Below are positions 47,056 to 59,790 of a DNA stretch of 64,000 nt, in pieces (the stretch's first letter is position 1; the number at the start of each line of letters is the position of its first letter). This stretch comes from Camelus dromedarius (Eukaryota): positions 54,622,001 through 54,686,000 of the forward strand of contig NC_087451.1 in the NCBI RefSeq assembly GCF_036321535.1, written 5' to 3'. The translations under genes were made by a program, and so were the position numbers. The notes below the pieces were generated by a model. It saw nothing but the letters and a program-made list of their open reading frames with translations. It was not told the origin of the DNA and searched no databases.

Positions 47056-48834
47056 AAGGAGGGTGATTGGGCTGGGAGAAATGAGAAAGAAGGGGGTTAT
47101 AAAGAGAGGGTCTTCAGTGAGGGGCACCCTCCACCCCCCGTTGGGCTTTACTGCACTAAACCTCAGAGAGTGTGCCAGGAATTGAGTGGATTTGGGGGTG
47201 GACGGTGAAATGTGGGGAGTGAGACACCGGAGGCCAGAGGGGATGAGGAACCAGGAGGAAAGGAAGGATGAAAGAGGTGCTGGAGAAGATGGATGGGGGA
47301 GGGCCGGGACAGGATGGGGGTGCAGGTCAAGGTGCAGGAAGAGGTGGGAAGGGCAGCAGGGTGGGGGAAGAGCGTACTTTCTGGGAAGTGGGAGAGGATG
47401 GGGGAGGTGAGTGCAGTGCATTGTGGAGGGAGGAATTGCCTGCCGGCCAGTGTGAGCTCATTTCCTCTCACTGCCTCCTGTGGTGTCTGAGGGCATCAGG
47501 CTCTGGAAAAAGTGAGCCAGGAGCACCCCAGAGGCCACCACCCTCCTCCCCTCCCCCCCAGCCTCAGTCCAGTCTGGATCTCAGATGCTACCACACCCCC
47601 CCTTACACAGACAACCCATTTATTCTGAGAGGGAAGGACCCTGGAGCCAGGGTGGCAGCAAGCTTTGGACCATTGGAGCTACAGGGCTGAAAAAGTCAGA
47701 GGGAACTGGTTAAAGATTAGGCAAGAAAATACAGGCAGTATGAAGGATTACAGTTAGACAGCAGGAAGGACTTCTCAGAAGTGGGGGATAATTCTGATTG
47801 CACATGACCTTGACGAAGAGAAGTGGGGAAGGAAGAGGAGTCATTAGCTGCCCCTCCGTGATTACAAAAGCATCCCTTTCCATTGACTTCCAGGGGATTT
47901 AAACTAAAATAAGTTAAATAAAACATAAGATTTAAAAACAAGTCAGTATCTCCTTCCTCAGGCTCACAGGAGTAGGGATGGTGTCCTTGGCGTCCAGGCC
48001 ACACCGCCCCCTCCAGGGCCTGAGTCCTTGATCCTAATCAGAAGTGAAGGTGTGGAGAGCTTGGGGCCGATCCACCCTCAGGAGTAGGGGTGTTGGTGGT
48101 GAAGCAAATAGGTTTTATGAAGCTCATTGCCATGGAGTGGGTGGGCCATTCCAGGAGGTAGAGTCAGCCTTCCTATTTTCATTGCCCACCTTACCCAATT
48201 CATATTCCTGTTTACCTATGGCCTCTGCCTTCCTTTCTTCATACTCTGGGTGAAGGACTACAAGAGCCCTTTAAAACTACAAGAAGGCATGGGAAAGAGG
48301 TAACTACAGGATGTAGGAGATAGGAGGTAGGATGTTAGATATCAGAAAGAACTTTCTAGCAGAAATGAAAGACTGAGTGACTATCCTTTTCTGGATCATC
48401 AGGGAGTGGGTTGCAGGGGTTCTGCTTGGGAGCAGGGAAATGAGAAACTGATTCAGGACCCTGGTGATAATTTGGGCCCCTGCTCAGAGTGAAGCTGGGA
48501 AGGGAGGCTGTGGGGAGCTTGTGACTGGGAGGCCTGGAGGGTCTCTGCTCTTACTGCCACCCACTGCAGACCTGGTTTGTGGGCTGTCTAGAAGCCTGAG
48601 CCACAGGCTGGCTGGGTGGGGGTCTGGAGGGCTGGGGCACCTGCCAGCCTCTCTCTTACAGCCTCCATTCTCCTGCCTACTTGGGATCCTGGGTTGAGAC
48701 TCATGTCCCAAACTGAGGGGCATGGAGGCATGGAGCCCCTGAAGATTCCCCACTCACCCCCACCCTCTGCCCCTTTGGATATAACCATCTCTGCCCTTGT
48801 CTCAAGTTTCTGTGAGTCTCCAGATGGAAGACCC

Positions 48835-49045
48835 CTTAATCCTTTTTCTGTCTTCCCTTCTTTTCCAGATGGGTCTCTTCATCTTTTTCTCTGATTTTCT
48901 CTGCCTCTCTCTACTGTCTCTGTTTTGTCTCTGCCTCTGTCATGCTTTCTGTGTCTCTCCATCTCTGTCTCTGACTATCTCCGTTTAGCTGTGTTTCTAT
49001 CTGCTTGCCTTTTCTTTTCTTTCTCCTTCCCTCCCTCCCTTTCCT
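48835..49045. repeat. CT-rich low-complexity tract upstream of ARHGAP23 main promoter
   Basis: Recurrent tctctg/tctttt units over ~200 nt. Confidence 0.7.
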
Positions 49046-49229
49046 GGTACTAGTTCTGGTTTCAGTGCCCTGGTCCTCTTTCCTTGGCCCGCCTATCTGG
49101 GCCAGTACCCTGGAGGCTGGCCCAGACTGTCTCCCTGAGACCATCTCTCTTCCGCAAGCTGTGTTCTGCCCTCTAGCTCTGCTGCCAGAGTGACTGTCTC
49201 TCTCAGCCCCCCTGTACCAGTCTGCTACT

Positions 49230-50110
49230 CTAGCGACAGGCAGAGGTTGCGCCCCGTCGGGAACCCAGTGGGAGGAGCGAAGAGAGCCCCACCCCCGCCT
49301 TCGGCCCCGCCCTCCGGCCCCGCCCCTCCCGGGTCCCTGCCTGCGCCCCCAGCAGTGCCCTGGCCTCAGAGCCGCCGCTGCTGCCCGATGAATGGAGTCG
49401 CCTTCTGCCTGGTCGGGATCCCGCCCCGCCCGGAGCCCCGGCCCCCTCAGGTGAGAGCGCTGAGCTAGGAGAGGGGGCGGATCCAGGTGCTGCCAAGGAG
49501 CTGGCAGCAAGGCCGGGGTCGCGGCGCCCCCGCTCGGTGGGCACAGCCTGGGGCGCACGGCGCGGGCACCGCGGGCACGGCTGCAGGGAACATAGTCTGG
49601 TGGCGGGCCGGGGAGGGGGGCAGAACCAGAGCTGCTCTGGGTAGGGGGGGCGGGAAGGAGAAAAGTAGACAGGGGCCGGGACGCGCATGGGGCTGCCAGG
49701 CCAGGGGGCACCGACCCCAGCGGCGATGCCANNNNNNNNNNNNNNNNNNNNNNNNNNNNNNNNNNNNNNNNNNNNNNNNNNNNNNNNNNNNNNNNNNNNN
49801 NNNNNNNNNNNNNNNNNNNNNNNNNNNNNNNNNNNNNNNNNNNNNNNNNNNNNNNNNNNNNNNNNNNNNNNNNNNNNNNNNNNNNNNNNNNNNNNNNNNN
49901 NNNNNNNNNNNCTGTGGCCGGACACCCCCTGCCTGCGGCACACTCCCCTCTTGCCAAGCCGGACCGCGCGACAAGCTGCCTGGAGCGGGTTCGCCACCCC
50001 CATGACTCCTGGGGAAGAGAAACAGGCCCGGGACCCCGGTTCTGCAGGCGCGGTTGTCCTCCCCTCTGCCCCCTCGGGCTGGCTGTGGGTGGGTCTAGGC
50101 GCGGGGTGCC
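49230..50110 (+). promoter_or_regulatory. ARHGAP23: ARHGAP23 main CpG-island promoter
   Basis: Two GGCCCCGCCC boxes in 49303-49325, CpG-dense, partly in N-gap 49732-49911. Confidence 0.85.
49388..49450 (+). CDS. ARHGAP23: ARHGAP23 exon 1 coding part (Rho GTPase-activating protein 23 N-terminus)
   Basis: [21 protein letters not shown] (21 codons) matches the recalled ARHGAP23 N-terminus; donor CAG|GTGAGA; SOCS7-ARHGAP23 synteny as in human 17q12. Confidence 0.93.
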
Positions 50111-51789
50111 AGGGATATTACTCAGCGCTGGGCTGCTTTGCTTGGGTTCTTTCATCTGCCAGCTGCTGAGGCTGGGGAGGGGCCAGCAGGGGCCTCGGGG
50201 CCCCATTGGGGCCAGCCCCCTACCTCTGAGTCCCGCTGGAGCATCCCAACAACACACACTCTCCCCAACCCCCTTTAGAGTTGAAGAGTTGAACACTGTC
50301 AAGCCACTCACATTTTCTGAGCTTGGAAGAGAAGTTCCCTAGGGGTCCAGGTTGGGATCAAGGCCTGGACTGAGGCCTCTTCCTCTTTTGACAGGGCTGG
50401 AGGATTTAGGGACACTCCTCCTCAACCCTTTCCCCAGTGCTGGAACTGGGGTCTGGTGCTATGCAAGTTGAGACTGGTGTGTCTCTCAGGAGCTGGATGT
50501 ACCCACAGTTCTCCCTCAATCTGCATCTCTATCCTTGACTCCCCCTCCACATTTCAGCCAAAGTATTTCCTAATTACAAACTTGAATTTCAGGATGGACA
50601 AGGGGTAGAAGTAGAGGTCATTATCCTTGAGTCCCTTGGATTCTCCCCCCCACCCCACATCAACACATACTTCATCCCCCCCCCCACTATCTCCACCCCC
50701 AACCCCACCCTGTGGCCCATCTGGGGGTGGATGGCGTTTGATCCCATGGAGTTCTCCCCCTCTACCAGAGCAACAGCCCCATTTCCAAAAGCTGCGGCTC
50801 TCACTGAGAGGTGCTCATTGGCATGCAATTTGAATCCCAGTTACATAACCAGTCACTTCACCTCCAAATAATCCAAAGGCCCCCAGCCCCAGCCTCTTCT
50901 TCCACTTGCTCATAAGGTGGTGGGTCCACCCTAGGTTACTGGGAGCTCCAAGTTCTCACATCTGAGGTCCCTCCCTCCCCTGGGAATGGTGAGAGCAGTA
51001 AATCCTTTGATGCTGGATTTGAGGGCCTCAGAAGCCCTGGGAGCAGGCAGAGTGAGTATTAGGGTCTGATAGGACATAGTAATAGTGCCAAGTCTTAAAA
51101 CCTGGGTCTTTGGATGGGAGGCACAGCACAAGATGAAGCTTTGGGGAGGGGAGCATTATTAGGAAGGTGGCGTTGGGACACCGTGGGAATGGGGCAGGTT
51201 TTTGAGGATCCCAGCTCAAGCAGAGAGGGAGTGGACCCTGGGAATAGGCCTTGAGTTTGGACAGCCTGGATGGGGACCTCTGTGCCCCTGCATCAGGCCA
51301 ACCCTGAGCTTGCGGGCAAGGGAAGCAGGAGGCCCTCCTAGCCCCTGAGGGGTGCAGCATTTCTGGCATGGAGTAGGGAATGAGGGAGGGTGCTGGTTAC
51401 AGAACAGGGCAGTGCAGTAGTGGGCACAGGCATTTATTGCTTCATCCTTTATTGAGGGGATACTGAGGACTTCATGATGTATTAGGTTAAAAGAGAGTCT
51501 ACAAAGGAGAATGGAATGAGTTACAGTATGAGAGACTGCAGTTAGCTATTTGGGAGAACTTCTAGGGAGAGACTTGTAAGCTGCAGCATCCCAGGCTAGC
51601 CTGGAGCATCACACAGGGAAGATCCTCCAGTAGAGTGGGTTAGGTAGATTCCTGTGATATTGGATTCCAGTGTAGAAATCTGGAGAGATTCACAGGGGAT
51701 GCAAATATATTCAAATGAGCATATACATTAGTGCCTGGGGGGAAAATTGTGTTTTTAAGGATGGGGAGTTGCTTTAATAATATAGCTGA

Positions 51790-52000
51790 TAGCTAAGATA
51801 TCAATAGCAGTTACTCTGGGCTAGGATTTATGTAAGTTACCACATTTAATCCTCACAAAATCACCATGACATAGGTACCATTATTATTCCCATTTTACAA
51901 TCGAGGACCCTGAGGTACACAGACCTAATAGCTTGGCCAAAATCACATCATTAACAAGTGGCAGAGCCCAGGGTAGGAACCTGGCAGTCTGGCTCAAGTT
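51790..52000 (-). mobile_element. MIR SINE
   Basis: catttaatcctcacaa...attattattcccattttacaatcgagg...aagtggcagagcccaggg. Confidence 0.8.
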
Positions 52001-53129
52001 CATGGTCTCACCTCACTACGCTGCTTCCCTTGACTTGCCTTGTCTACTGTCTCTCCTACTCTGAATCTGGGTCCGTTTTGAACACAACCCAAGATCAAGG
52101 TCAACCTCTTGCTGGATTGGAGGCAGATTGCTTGTCTTTCAGCTGAGACAGGGATGGGGAAAAGAGACCTAGGGTGGCAAAGCTTCAGGTGTCCATCTGT
52201 GGTTGGTGGGTGGGGAATCAGCTCATACTCTTCCAAAACCCCCATCCCACCCCGTGCCAGCCCATCACACTTGGGCAGTGTCTTGGTTCATTGATGTTTT
52301 TCCTTCTAAAGGGGCATCAGCCCTGCTCTGTTGGCTGCAGGGGTTCAAAGGTGAGATATTGGCTTGGTCAGGGATTTGGACAAAGCCTGGTTTTAATTAT
52401 CCTGCTCTCTCTCCCTCCCCAGAGAGAGCCATGAATAGGGCCTGTGGGAGCTGGCTCTGCCTTTCCCCTAGCACCCTCCACCCTCTTCAAACAACCCGCC
52501 TTTAGATCCAGACCCCCCTGTTTCATGTGAAATTGTGCCAGCTTGTCAGCAGGGCAGTGCCAGTCAGTACCAGGCATGCATCTCCTCCTCATTGCCTCAG
52601 TGGGACAGCAGGCAGGGCTGGCCTGGGGACTGGATTCTGGGGAGAAGTTAAAGCTCTGTCGGGTAGAGTATGTGGATCACCTGTCAGAGTGGGTTAGGAC
52701 CAGAAGGGTCATCTTGTCCAGTAGTGGGGAAATGGAGGCCAGAGAGTGCCCAAGTTTGGATAGCCTGGGAGTGATGGACATGAACCTAGGACATGACTCC
52801 CAGGCTCCCAGACCATGCCTTTCCCCACACAGTTCTGTCCTGGGTGCTGCCCTCCAGTGCAGCCTTCTGAGACTGGGCCCTGGGAACAAAAGGGGAGGGC
52901 AGGGAGGAGCAGGGAGGAGTGCACAATGTGTCCTGTTCATCTCTGTGTCCCCAGTGACCAGCACAGCGCCTGGCACAGAGTGGTCCTCCATAAATGTTTG
53001 TTAAGTGCTGGCCGGGGCGCAGCCCCTCCCCTGGCCTCCCAGGGTGCCCTGTGCCCAGCTCTGCCCCAGCCTTGTAATGCTTGGTTTACACGTCATTCTC
53101 CCTCGCCAAACTGGAGTTATTTGAGGACA

Positions 53130-53390
53130 AGAAAAATAATCATAGCAGCTACTTCCATAGCACTTACCATTAGGTACATTATCACCATCCCATTTGACAG
53201 ATGAAGAAACTGGCACAATTATGTGGCTTCCTAAGGTCACACAGCTAGGAAGTGGCAGAGCTAAGGAGTGGACCATGCTTATTCCAAGCAGCCCCAGAGG
53301 TATCGTGTTTATCTTGGTATCCACAGAGCCTGGCATGCGACCAGGACTCAGAAAATGTTTGTTGACTGACTGACTGACAGTGTATGAAAA
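53130..53390 (-). mobile_element. MIR fragment plus L2 end
   Basis: cccatttgacagatgaagaaactggcac...aaggtcacacagctaggaagtggcagagct; then gcctggcatg...aaatgtttgttgactgactgact. Confidence 0.65.
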
Positions 53391-56300
53391 AAAACACATA
53401 ATCCTGTAGTCTAATCCTTTGGAAGTAGCTGGGTTGGGATCTTGGGAGGGTAGCCTAGAGGTACATCGCTGTGTTATCTGTACCACAAGTGCCCAAGCCA
53501 AACCTAGCGAGGAAAGGAAAGCTCACCCACACCTTGACAGAACTGCCTTCCAAAGCTTAACAGGGGCCACCAGGGCCCCCCAGCTTTCTGGCTCCTCTCT
53601 TGCTCTCACTCTTTCCCTTCCTCCCCCAGAGTTCCAAGGGCACAGTGCTGAGCAATGGGCACATGGGAAAAGACTACAGGTTGGATCAAAGAAGTCTGTT
53701 CCTTTTTCATCTCTGGCCCTGAGATGATGCATCACCTTGGTGGAAGATTCTGTACCTTTCAAGTTGAAGGGTGGACGGAGTGTCAGCTTTGAGACAGGGC
53801 ATGTCATAGCTACAATTTGCCAGCTGTCACTGGAAGGGGTATTGGGTTTCCAGCCTCCTCCAGCCCTAAACACGAGGCCCAGGGTCACCTCCAATTTCCT
53901 CAAACCTGTATGTCCCTAGGTGGGTGACTTCTTCTCCTCTGACTCCCCTTGCTCCCCACTGGCTGATTTGAATTAACATCAGTCAGTCATTATCCCCCAG
54001 GGCACATTTCATCTGCTGACAAAGAGTGGTAGGAGTTAACTAGGAAAAAGAAGACTCAGTGTGGGGGTGTGTTCTACCTTCTGATACTGACAGGCAACCC
54101 CCGGAGCTGGGAGGCCCAGGCCTGGCGTGGCCCCTGATATGTTGGGAGGCACGCTGGGGGTCTGGGCCCTGCCTTCAGCCTGAGGAGGTTGAAATTTCAG
54201 CTTTATGTTACTCTGGCCAAGTCACTTAGTTGTTTTTAGCGTCAGTTTTCTTAACCCTGAAATAATCCCTCGAAATTGTTGAGAGGATTAAATGAGAGGT
54301 AATTCAGGTAAACTGGCTGACATTTGGTAATCTCCACTGTTAGCAGCAACTATTATTAAACAAACAATAATCAATGGATGGAAATGTGAAAAACACCCTC
54401 TGGGCTCAATAAAGGGAACCTTTTATGGTCGGAGTAATCGGAAGAGGAAATGAGCTGCCCCTGGAGGTAATGAGGCCCCCATCAGTGGAGGTGAGCAAGC
54501 ACAGGCCAAACTGGAGAGAATTCAAGCATTGGGTGATGGGCTGACAGGGAAAACCTTAAGGACCTTGCTTTGGGATCGAAGCAGGTGAGACCTGTTTCCT
54601 TCTGGTGGGGCCTAGGGAGAGGAATGAGAGATTGGTTGCTGTGGTTTGGGTTGTGAGGCTCTTCTGAGGAGAGGGAGTCCTGAGATGCTGCCTGGAGGAG
54701 GCCTGGAAGGATGGGTATGGTTCTGATGGGTGGGAGAAGTGGGGAGGCCATTGCACTCTCTGGATGGGTTTAGTGGCTGAGGGACAGTGAGGCGCCTGGA
54801 CCAATGGTTTGGAAGTAGGCCCAAGGCTGCCTCCACAGTCTGGCTGCCCGAAGGGGATGGGTGGATGGTGGGGGTGGGGAGCTGGTAGCTCCCTGACACC
54901 CCACCCCCAAGGCTCTCCTGGAAGAGGGGGACAGGGCCACTCCCTGTGGCAAAGAGCCTGGGCCTGTAAGGAACGGAACTGGGGAAAGAAAGACTTCTTA
55001 TGCCCAGTGCATTTGGGGGCGTCCGGGGGTCGGGGGAACAGTGAGGCCTTTGTCCCCAGCCACCGGGAATCTGGCCGAGCAGCCAGCCCTGGGTCTGGCT
55101 GGGCCCTCTGCAGGCAGGTCCTCTTTGAAGTGACCCTTTCAAAGCTCAGCCTGAATCCCTGGGAGGAGAGAACTTGGGGCGGGGCATGTAGATGACTGAG
55201 ACCCGAAAGCCAAGGATGGAAACAGACCCAGGGCCAGCCCCTTTGGGCGGGTGAGCGGGCGGGCAGGAGCTCTGTGGGCAGGAGGAATGTGGCCAGGCTG
55301 GGGGGCATGTGGGAGGACCACCACTCCAGGGGGCTTGGCCCCCAAGTTGGGGTCAATATAGGGAAGGACAGAGTTCATTTTGGCCCCTTGCCTGGTTTCT
55401 AACAGTCCCTCGCTTGATTTCTGTCTGACTCTGGGCTCCTAAATCTGTAGCTTCTTCCTTTTTAATTTCCTCAGAGAATGTGAGACGCTGTTTTCTGTTC
55501 ATGCCTCGCCTCCCCATCCCTCACTGGCATCATGGCACTATCTGTATCTGAGAAGGTTCTTCTAAATCTCTCTTTCCTTCTCCAAGGGTATAGCCCTTGG
55601 TTCCCCCCCAAGAGAAGGGGAGGATAGAGCTGAGCACCCCAGGCCATGATAGGGGCCTGCGGGCGTTTCTGGTACTTTCCTATATCTTACCCTGGCATCT
55701 GCAGAGCTGAGCCCTCATTAGCTCTAATGAAGCCTTGGCGCTGTGCCGCCCCCTGCCCTCTACCAGCCCTGTAGCACCTGGTGGGGGTGAGTGGGTGAGG
55801 GGGCAGCTGAGGTTGGACTCAGAGCCCAGGAGGGGGTGGGATATCTGCAAGAGAGGAGAGCGGGAGTCAGGAAATGGGGGTCACACAGCAAGGCTGGGAC
55901 TACTGGTAGGATGAGACAGGCCCCCTCTTCTTTTCCCACTGGGACCTTTTCCTCCTCCAGTGGCTCCCAGATGCTTCAGTCCCCATAGTGCTAGGGAAAG
56001 CATTATCTGCGACTGGGTGTGGCCCAGGGTGCACATATTCCCACGCCTGACTTCCATGAGAGTGTCCTTTTCTCTAATTTCAGGCTGGGGCAGGAGAAGG
56101 ACTTGACTCCAGAAACTGGAGGCTCAGTGCCTGGGAAAATCAGGCAGCGGCTAGACCTTAATGCAAATAAAACTTTGTTCATTTGGTGATCGTTTCCTGT
56201 GTGCCTTCTGTGTTCCAGGCTCTCTCTGTGGGTCTTGGGACCTGGATGAATGTGACACAGCCCTGTCCTCAAGGGGTTCCTTGTCTGCTTTTCCCACAAC

Positions 56301-56648
56301 CCACCCAAAACTCCACTAAGATTTTATAAGGGGTTCTGAGATGTGCATCTATACTCTCTGACAGTCTAGCACACCCATTGCCACTCCCCCCAAAATATTT
56401 CCATAAAAATTGGCCTAATCTAACTGGGGAGACAGACCCACAGCAGATACAAATGAGTGTCTCCACTGTGACATCATTTGAGTGTGACTGTGGTCACAAA
56501 AGTGATAACAGGTTTAGAGATTAGAACAGTGTCACTGGATGGAATTGCTATAGGGATTTGTTAAAAACCAATTGGTGATATGCTTGATCTCCTCTCATCT
56601 CCTGTTTCCAAATCTATTGTTAATTCATGAATTCTTTAGTGAAATTTC

Positions 56649-56724
56649 TTTTTTTTTTTTAAATTTTTTTTTTGGAGGAGGAGGTAATTAGGTTTCTTTA
56701 CTACCCCTGAGCTATACCCTCCCC
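56649..56724 (-). mobile_element. Internally deleted Vic-1-like SINE
   Basis: Reverse complement ggggagggtatagctcaggggtag fused directly to taaagaaacctaattacctcc + poly(A); B-box region missing. Confidence 0.8.
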
Positions 56725-57977
56725 TGCAAGTAAAACTTCTTTGACCAACTTTCAAGGACCATCATGAAGTGGCTGTACATTGACTGATACAAGAACCAAG
56801 ACCCTGAGAGGGTAAATTACTCCACCAAAGGTCACTCAGCATCTGAGTTGAAATCTGGGTCTTTCTGAATCCCAGGCTATCCTGCGTCACTGCTACATTC
56901 CCTGACAAGGAAGAGCCTGGGAGCACAGCCCCCACCCTGGGAAGGTGGACCCTTCCCACTGCCCTCAGCTGGGCCTTGACATCAAAGTAGGTGTTGGCAT
57001 AATGAGGGAAAGGTGGGAGATGCCGACAGTATGATTATGTTCTGTTTCTCCGTGACTCTGCTGTGCATGGGGGTTCTCCCTGTGCCTTCCTGGGGTCTGG
57101 GTTTGCTCAAGAGTGGTATGGAGGACCCCAGGGCTCCATCAATAAATATGAGCTGAGACCCTGCCTCCCCTAGAGATGCTCTAGCTCTGAGCAGAGGAAG
57201 GCTTCACCAAGGAGGTGAGGCTTGCCAAAGCTTGAAAGATGCTTGCTGGGACAAGAGGGGTGGTAGAAAAGGGAGAGAAGGGCATTTCAGACAGAAGGAT
57301 CTAGCATGAGCAATGGCAAGGGGATGTGAAACAGCCTGGCCTCTTACGGAATCAATGAGTGCAAGATTGAGTAAAGAGAGATGAAATTGTCAAGACCACT
57401 GAGGGCCAGATCTGTCCCTCTCCTCTAACATCATGGCAGACCCTTCATGTCATATTAAGGAACTTGACTTGCTCCCATAGATACTGTGGAGCCAAGGAAA
57501 GGTGGCACGAAGTGGAGGCAGCAGACCAGGGGAGAGATGATGAGGGCTAAATGTGGAACTGGAGATGGAGAGGACAGGATAGCAGTGGGATGATCACCTT
57601 CTTTCCCTTCCAGGAAAATTGCCATACCATCTCTTCCCCTTGTCTTGATAGAGCCTTCTCTGCCTTCTCCGTTTCACAAACTCCTATTTATCCATCAATG
57701 CCCAGTTCAAATATTCGTCTCTGTAAATCTCCTTTGCCTCTCTCCCCCACACCCCCCAGCCACCAATTCCTCAAATATAGGGATTTCCTCCTCTGGGCAC
57801 TAGACTTTAAGCCCCATGAGGGTAGGGGCTTTGATTTGTCCACTTCTCTATCTCTAGCTTCTAGACCAGGCCAAGCTGAATGAATATTGTTGACTGGTGA
57901 ACCAAAAGTTCCCATAGCATTTTGCACTGCATTGTGAGAAATACATATAATAATAACAAAAGGAGAATTGGTTGCAA

Positions 57978-58715
57978 CTAACATTTATTGAACATCTCAG
58001 TGCCAGGCACTGCTAGACTGACCACTTTATACACACTTCCTTTTTTTTTTTTTTTTAATTGAAGTATAGTTGATTTACAATGTTAGTTTCTGGTGTACAG
58101 CATTGTGATTTAATTATACACATATATATTCTTTTTCATTATAGGTTATTAAAAGCTAGTGAATATAGTTCCCTGTGCTATACAGTAGGACCTTATTATT
58201 TATCTATTTTATATATAATAGTTTGTATCTGCTAATCCCAAACTCCTAATTTATCCCTCCCTGCTTTCCTCTTTGGTAACCATAAGCTTGTTTTCTATGT
58301 CTATGAGTCTGTTTCTGTTTTATAAATAAGTTCACTTGTGTCATTTTTTTATATTCTGCATGTAAGTGATATATGATATTTGTCTTTCTCTGACTTACTT
58401 CACTTAGTATGATAATCTCTAGGTCCATCCATGTTGCTACAAATGGCATTATTTCATTCTTTCTTATGGCTTAGTAGTATTCCATTGTATATATATATAC
58501 ACTACAACTTCTTTATTCAATCATCTGTCAATGGACATTTAGGTTGCTTCCATTATACACACTGTCTCTTTAATCTTGACAACACCCTCATGGGGAATAG
58601 ATTATCTCTATTTTATAAATGCAGAAACAGAAGCCCAGAGAGGTTAGTAACTAGTCCAAGGACACATAGCTGGGAAGTGGGACCAAGTTGGGATTCCAAG
58701 CTAGATTCCTTTAAA
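57978..58715 (-). mobile_element. MIR element split by the L1 insertion
   Basis: acatttattgaac...gtgccaggcactg on the left; taatcttgacaacaccctc...ttttataaatgcagaaacagaagcccagagaggttagtaact on the right. Confidence 0.8.
58038..58552 (-). mobile_element. 5'-truncated artiodactyl L1 with perfect TSD
   Basis: poly(T) then aattgaagtatagttgatttacaatg; minus ORF FVATWMDLEIIILSEVSQ is the ORF2 C-terminus; TSD ttatacacact 58027-58037 / 58553-58563. Confidence 0.92.
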
Positions 58716-59414
58716 TCCTGTTTAGCAGTATTTAAACACTGTGCTCTGCAGCCTCTTTATCTTGTCTCATGTCTGTCTCGTCATATGATCAGGAATTCTT
58801 TGATTAATTAAAAAAAATCCTTTGTGGACGACTGAACTAATATTTGTTGAACAACTCCTATGTGCCAGGCACTCCACACTGAGTCCTCTCAAGGACCCCA
58901 GTTACAGCTGAGGAGACTGAGGCTTGGAGAGGGAAGACACTTGACTGGGGTCACACAGCTGGGATCTGATCTTAGGTCTCTTTGACCCCTAGTACTCAGT
59001 GACACCTAGTCAATAGTGCCAGAATGAAAGAGGAGCTGGACTCTGAGGTTGACTGACTTGTTTAGGGGCACACAAGGGACAGGACTGGGGCAGGGCCTGG
59101 GTCTCCTGCCCTTAGCCCATGTGCTCCCCATGTGGGTTACTAATGAGGCAAAGTGGTCTGGGATAGGGATGGGACAGGCTGACCTGGGGCTGGGTGGGCA
59201 GGTATGGTGTCCCAGCAGCAGAGCCTTACCAGGGCCTTGACAGAAGACGGTGAGAAGCCTCCAGAGGCTGCACAGTATCAGTGCGACTTCAGCCATGGGG
59301 GTGATCCGAAGACCCGCAAGCTTGAGAACCAGGCAGCGGGATGGAAGCGGATGTGGGCAGGCGCACTGCGAGGTGCTAGTGCCCATTCTGTGCACCTTCC
59401 CAGAAGGGCAGGGA

Positions 59415-59465
59415 CTCACCAATCAGATTCGCCAGCTGCTCTCTATTTGCATGCTATTTGCATGA
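59415..59465. promoter_or_regulatory. Intronic element with CCAAT box, E-box and tandem octamer motifs
   Basis: CCAATCA 59419-59425, CAGCTG 59433-59438, (CTATTTGCATG)x2 59443-59464, in a CpG-enriched patch. Confidence 0.5.
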
Positions 59466-59699
59466 CCACACGTCTTCGCTCTTGCCACGCAGCCTCCATC
59501 CCCAAGCGTGTCTCCTTTGCCGCCGCCACATTTCTGGACCCTGTGCAGGGCTGGCGTGGAGGGCTGGCTTGTGGGGCTGTGGGGCGTGAAGGGCCGACCT
59601 GGTCTGCTACCCTGGCCGCCCTATTCATAGCTCAGGGGCTGGCGTAGTTCGCATACTTGGCGTTACTCAAGTCTGGCTGGCCCAAGGCTGCCGCCCCTC

Positions 59700-59790
59700 C
59701 GCAATCCTCCCTCCCTCTACTCTCTCCTCCCTTCCTCCGTCCTTCGTCCTCCCTCCTCCCTCCTCCCTCTGTCTCCTCCCCCACCTTCGA
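59700..59790. repeat. Polypyrimidine (CCT/CCCT) tract
   Basis: cctccctccctctactctctcctcccttcctccgtccttcgtcctccctcctccctcctccctc. Confidence 0.75.

Noticed and set aside
48911-50311. 466-aa, 257-aa and similar ORFs over the ARHGAP23 island
   Set aside because: Stop-poor GC-rich DNA plus an N-gap; low-complexity P/A/R/G translations with no recognisable family.
58246-58449. 67-aa minus-strand ORF MPFVATWMDLEIIILSEVSQ
   Set aside because: Remnant of L1 ORF2 C-terminus, not a host gene; same for 63030-63725.
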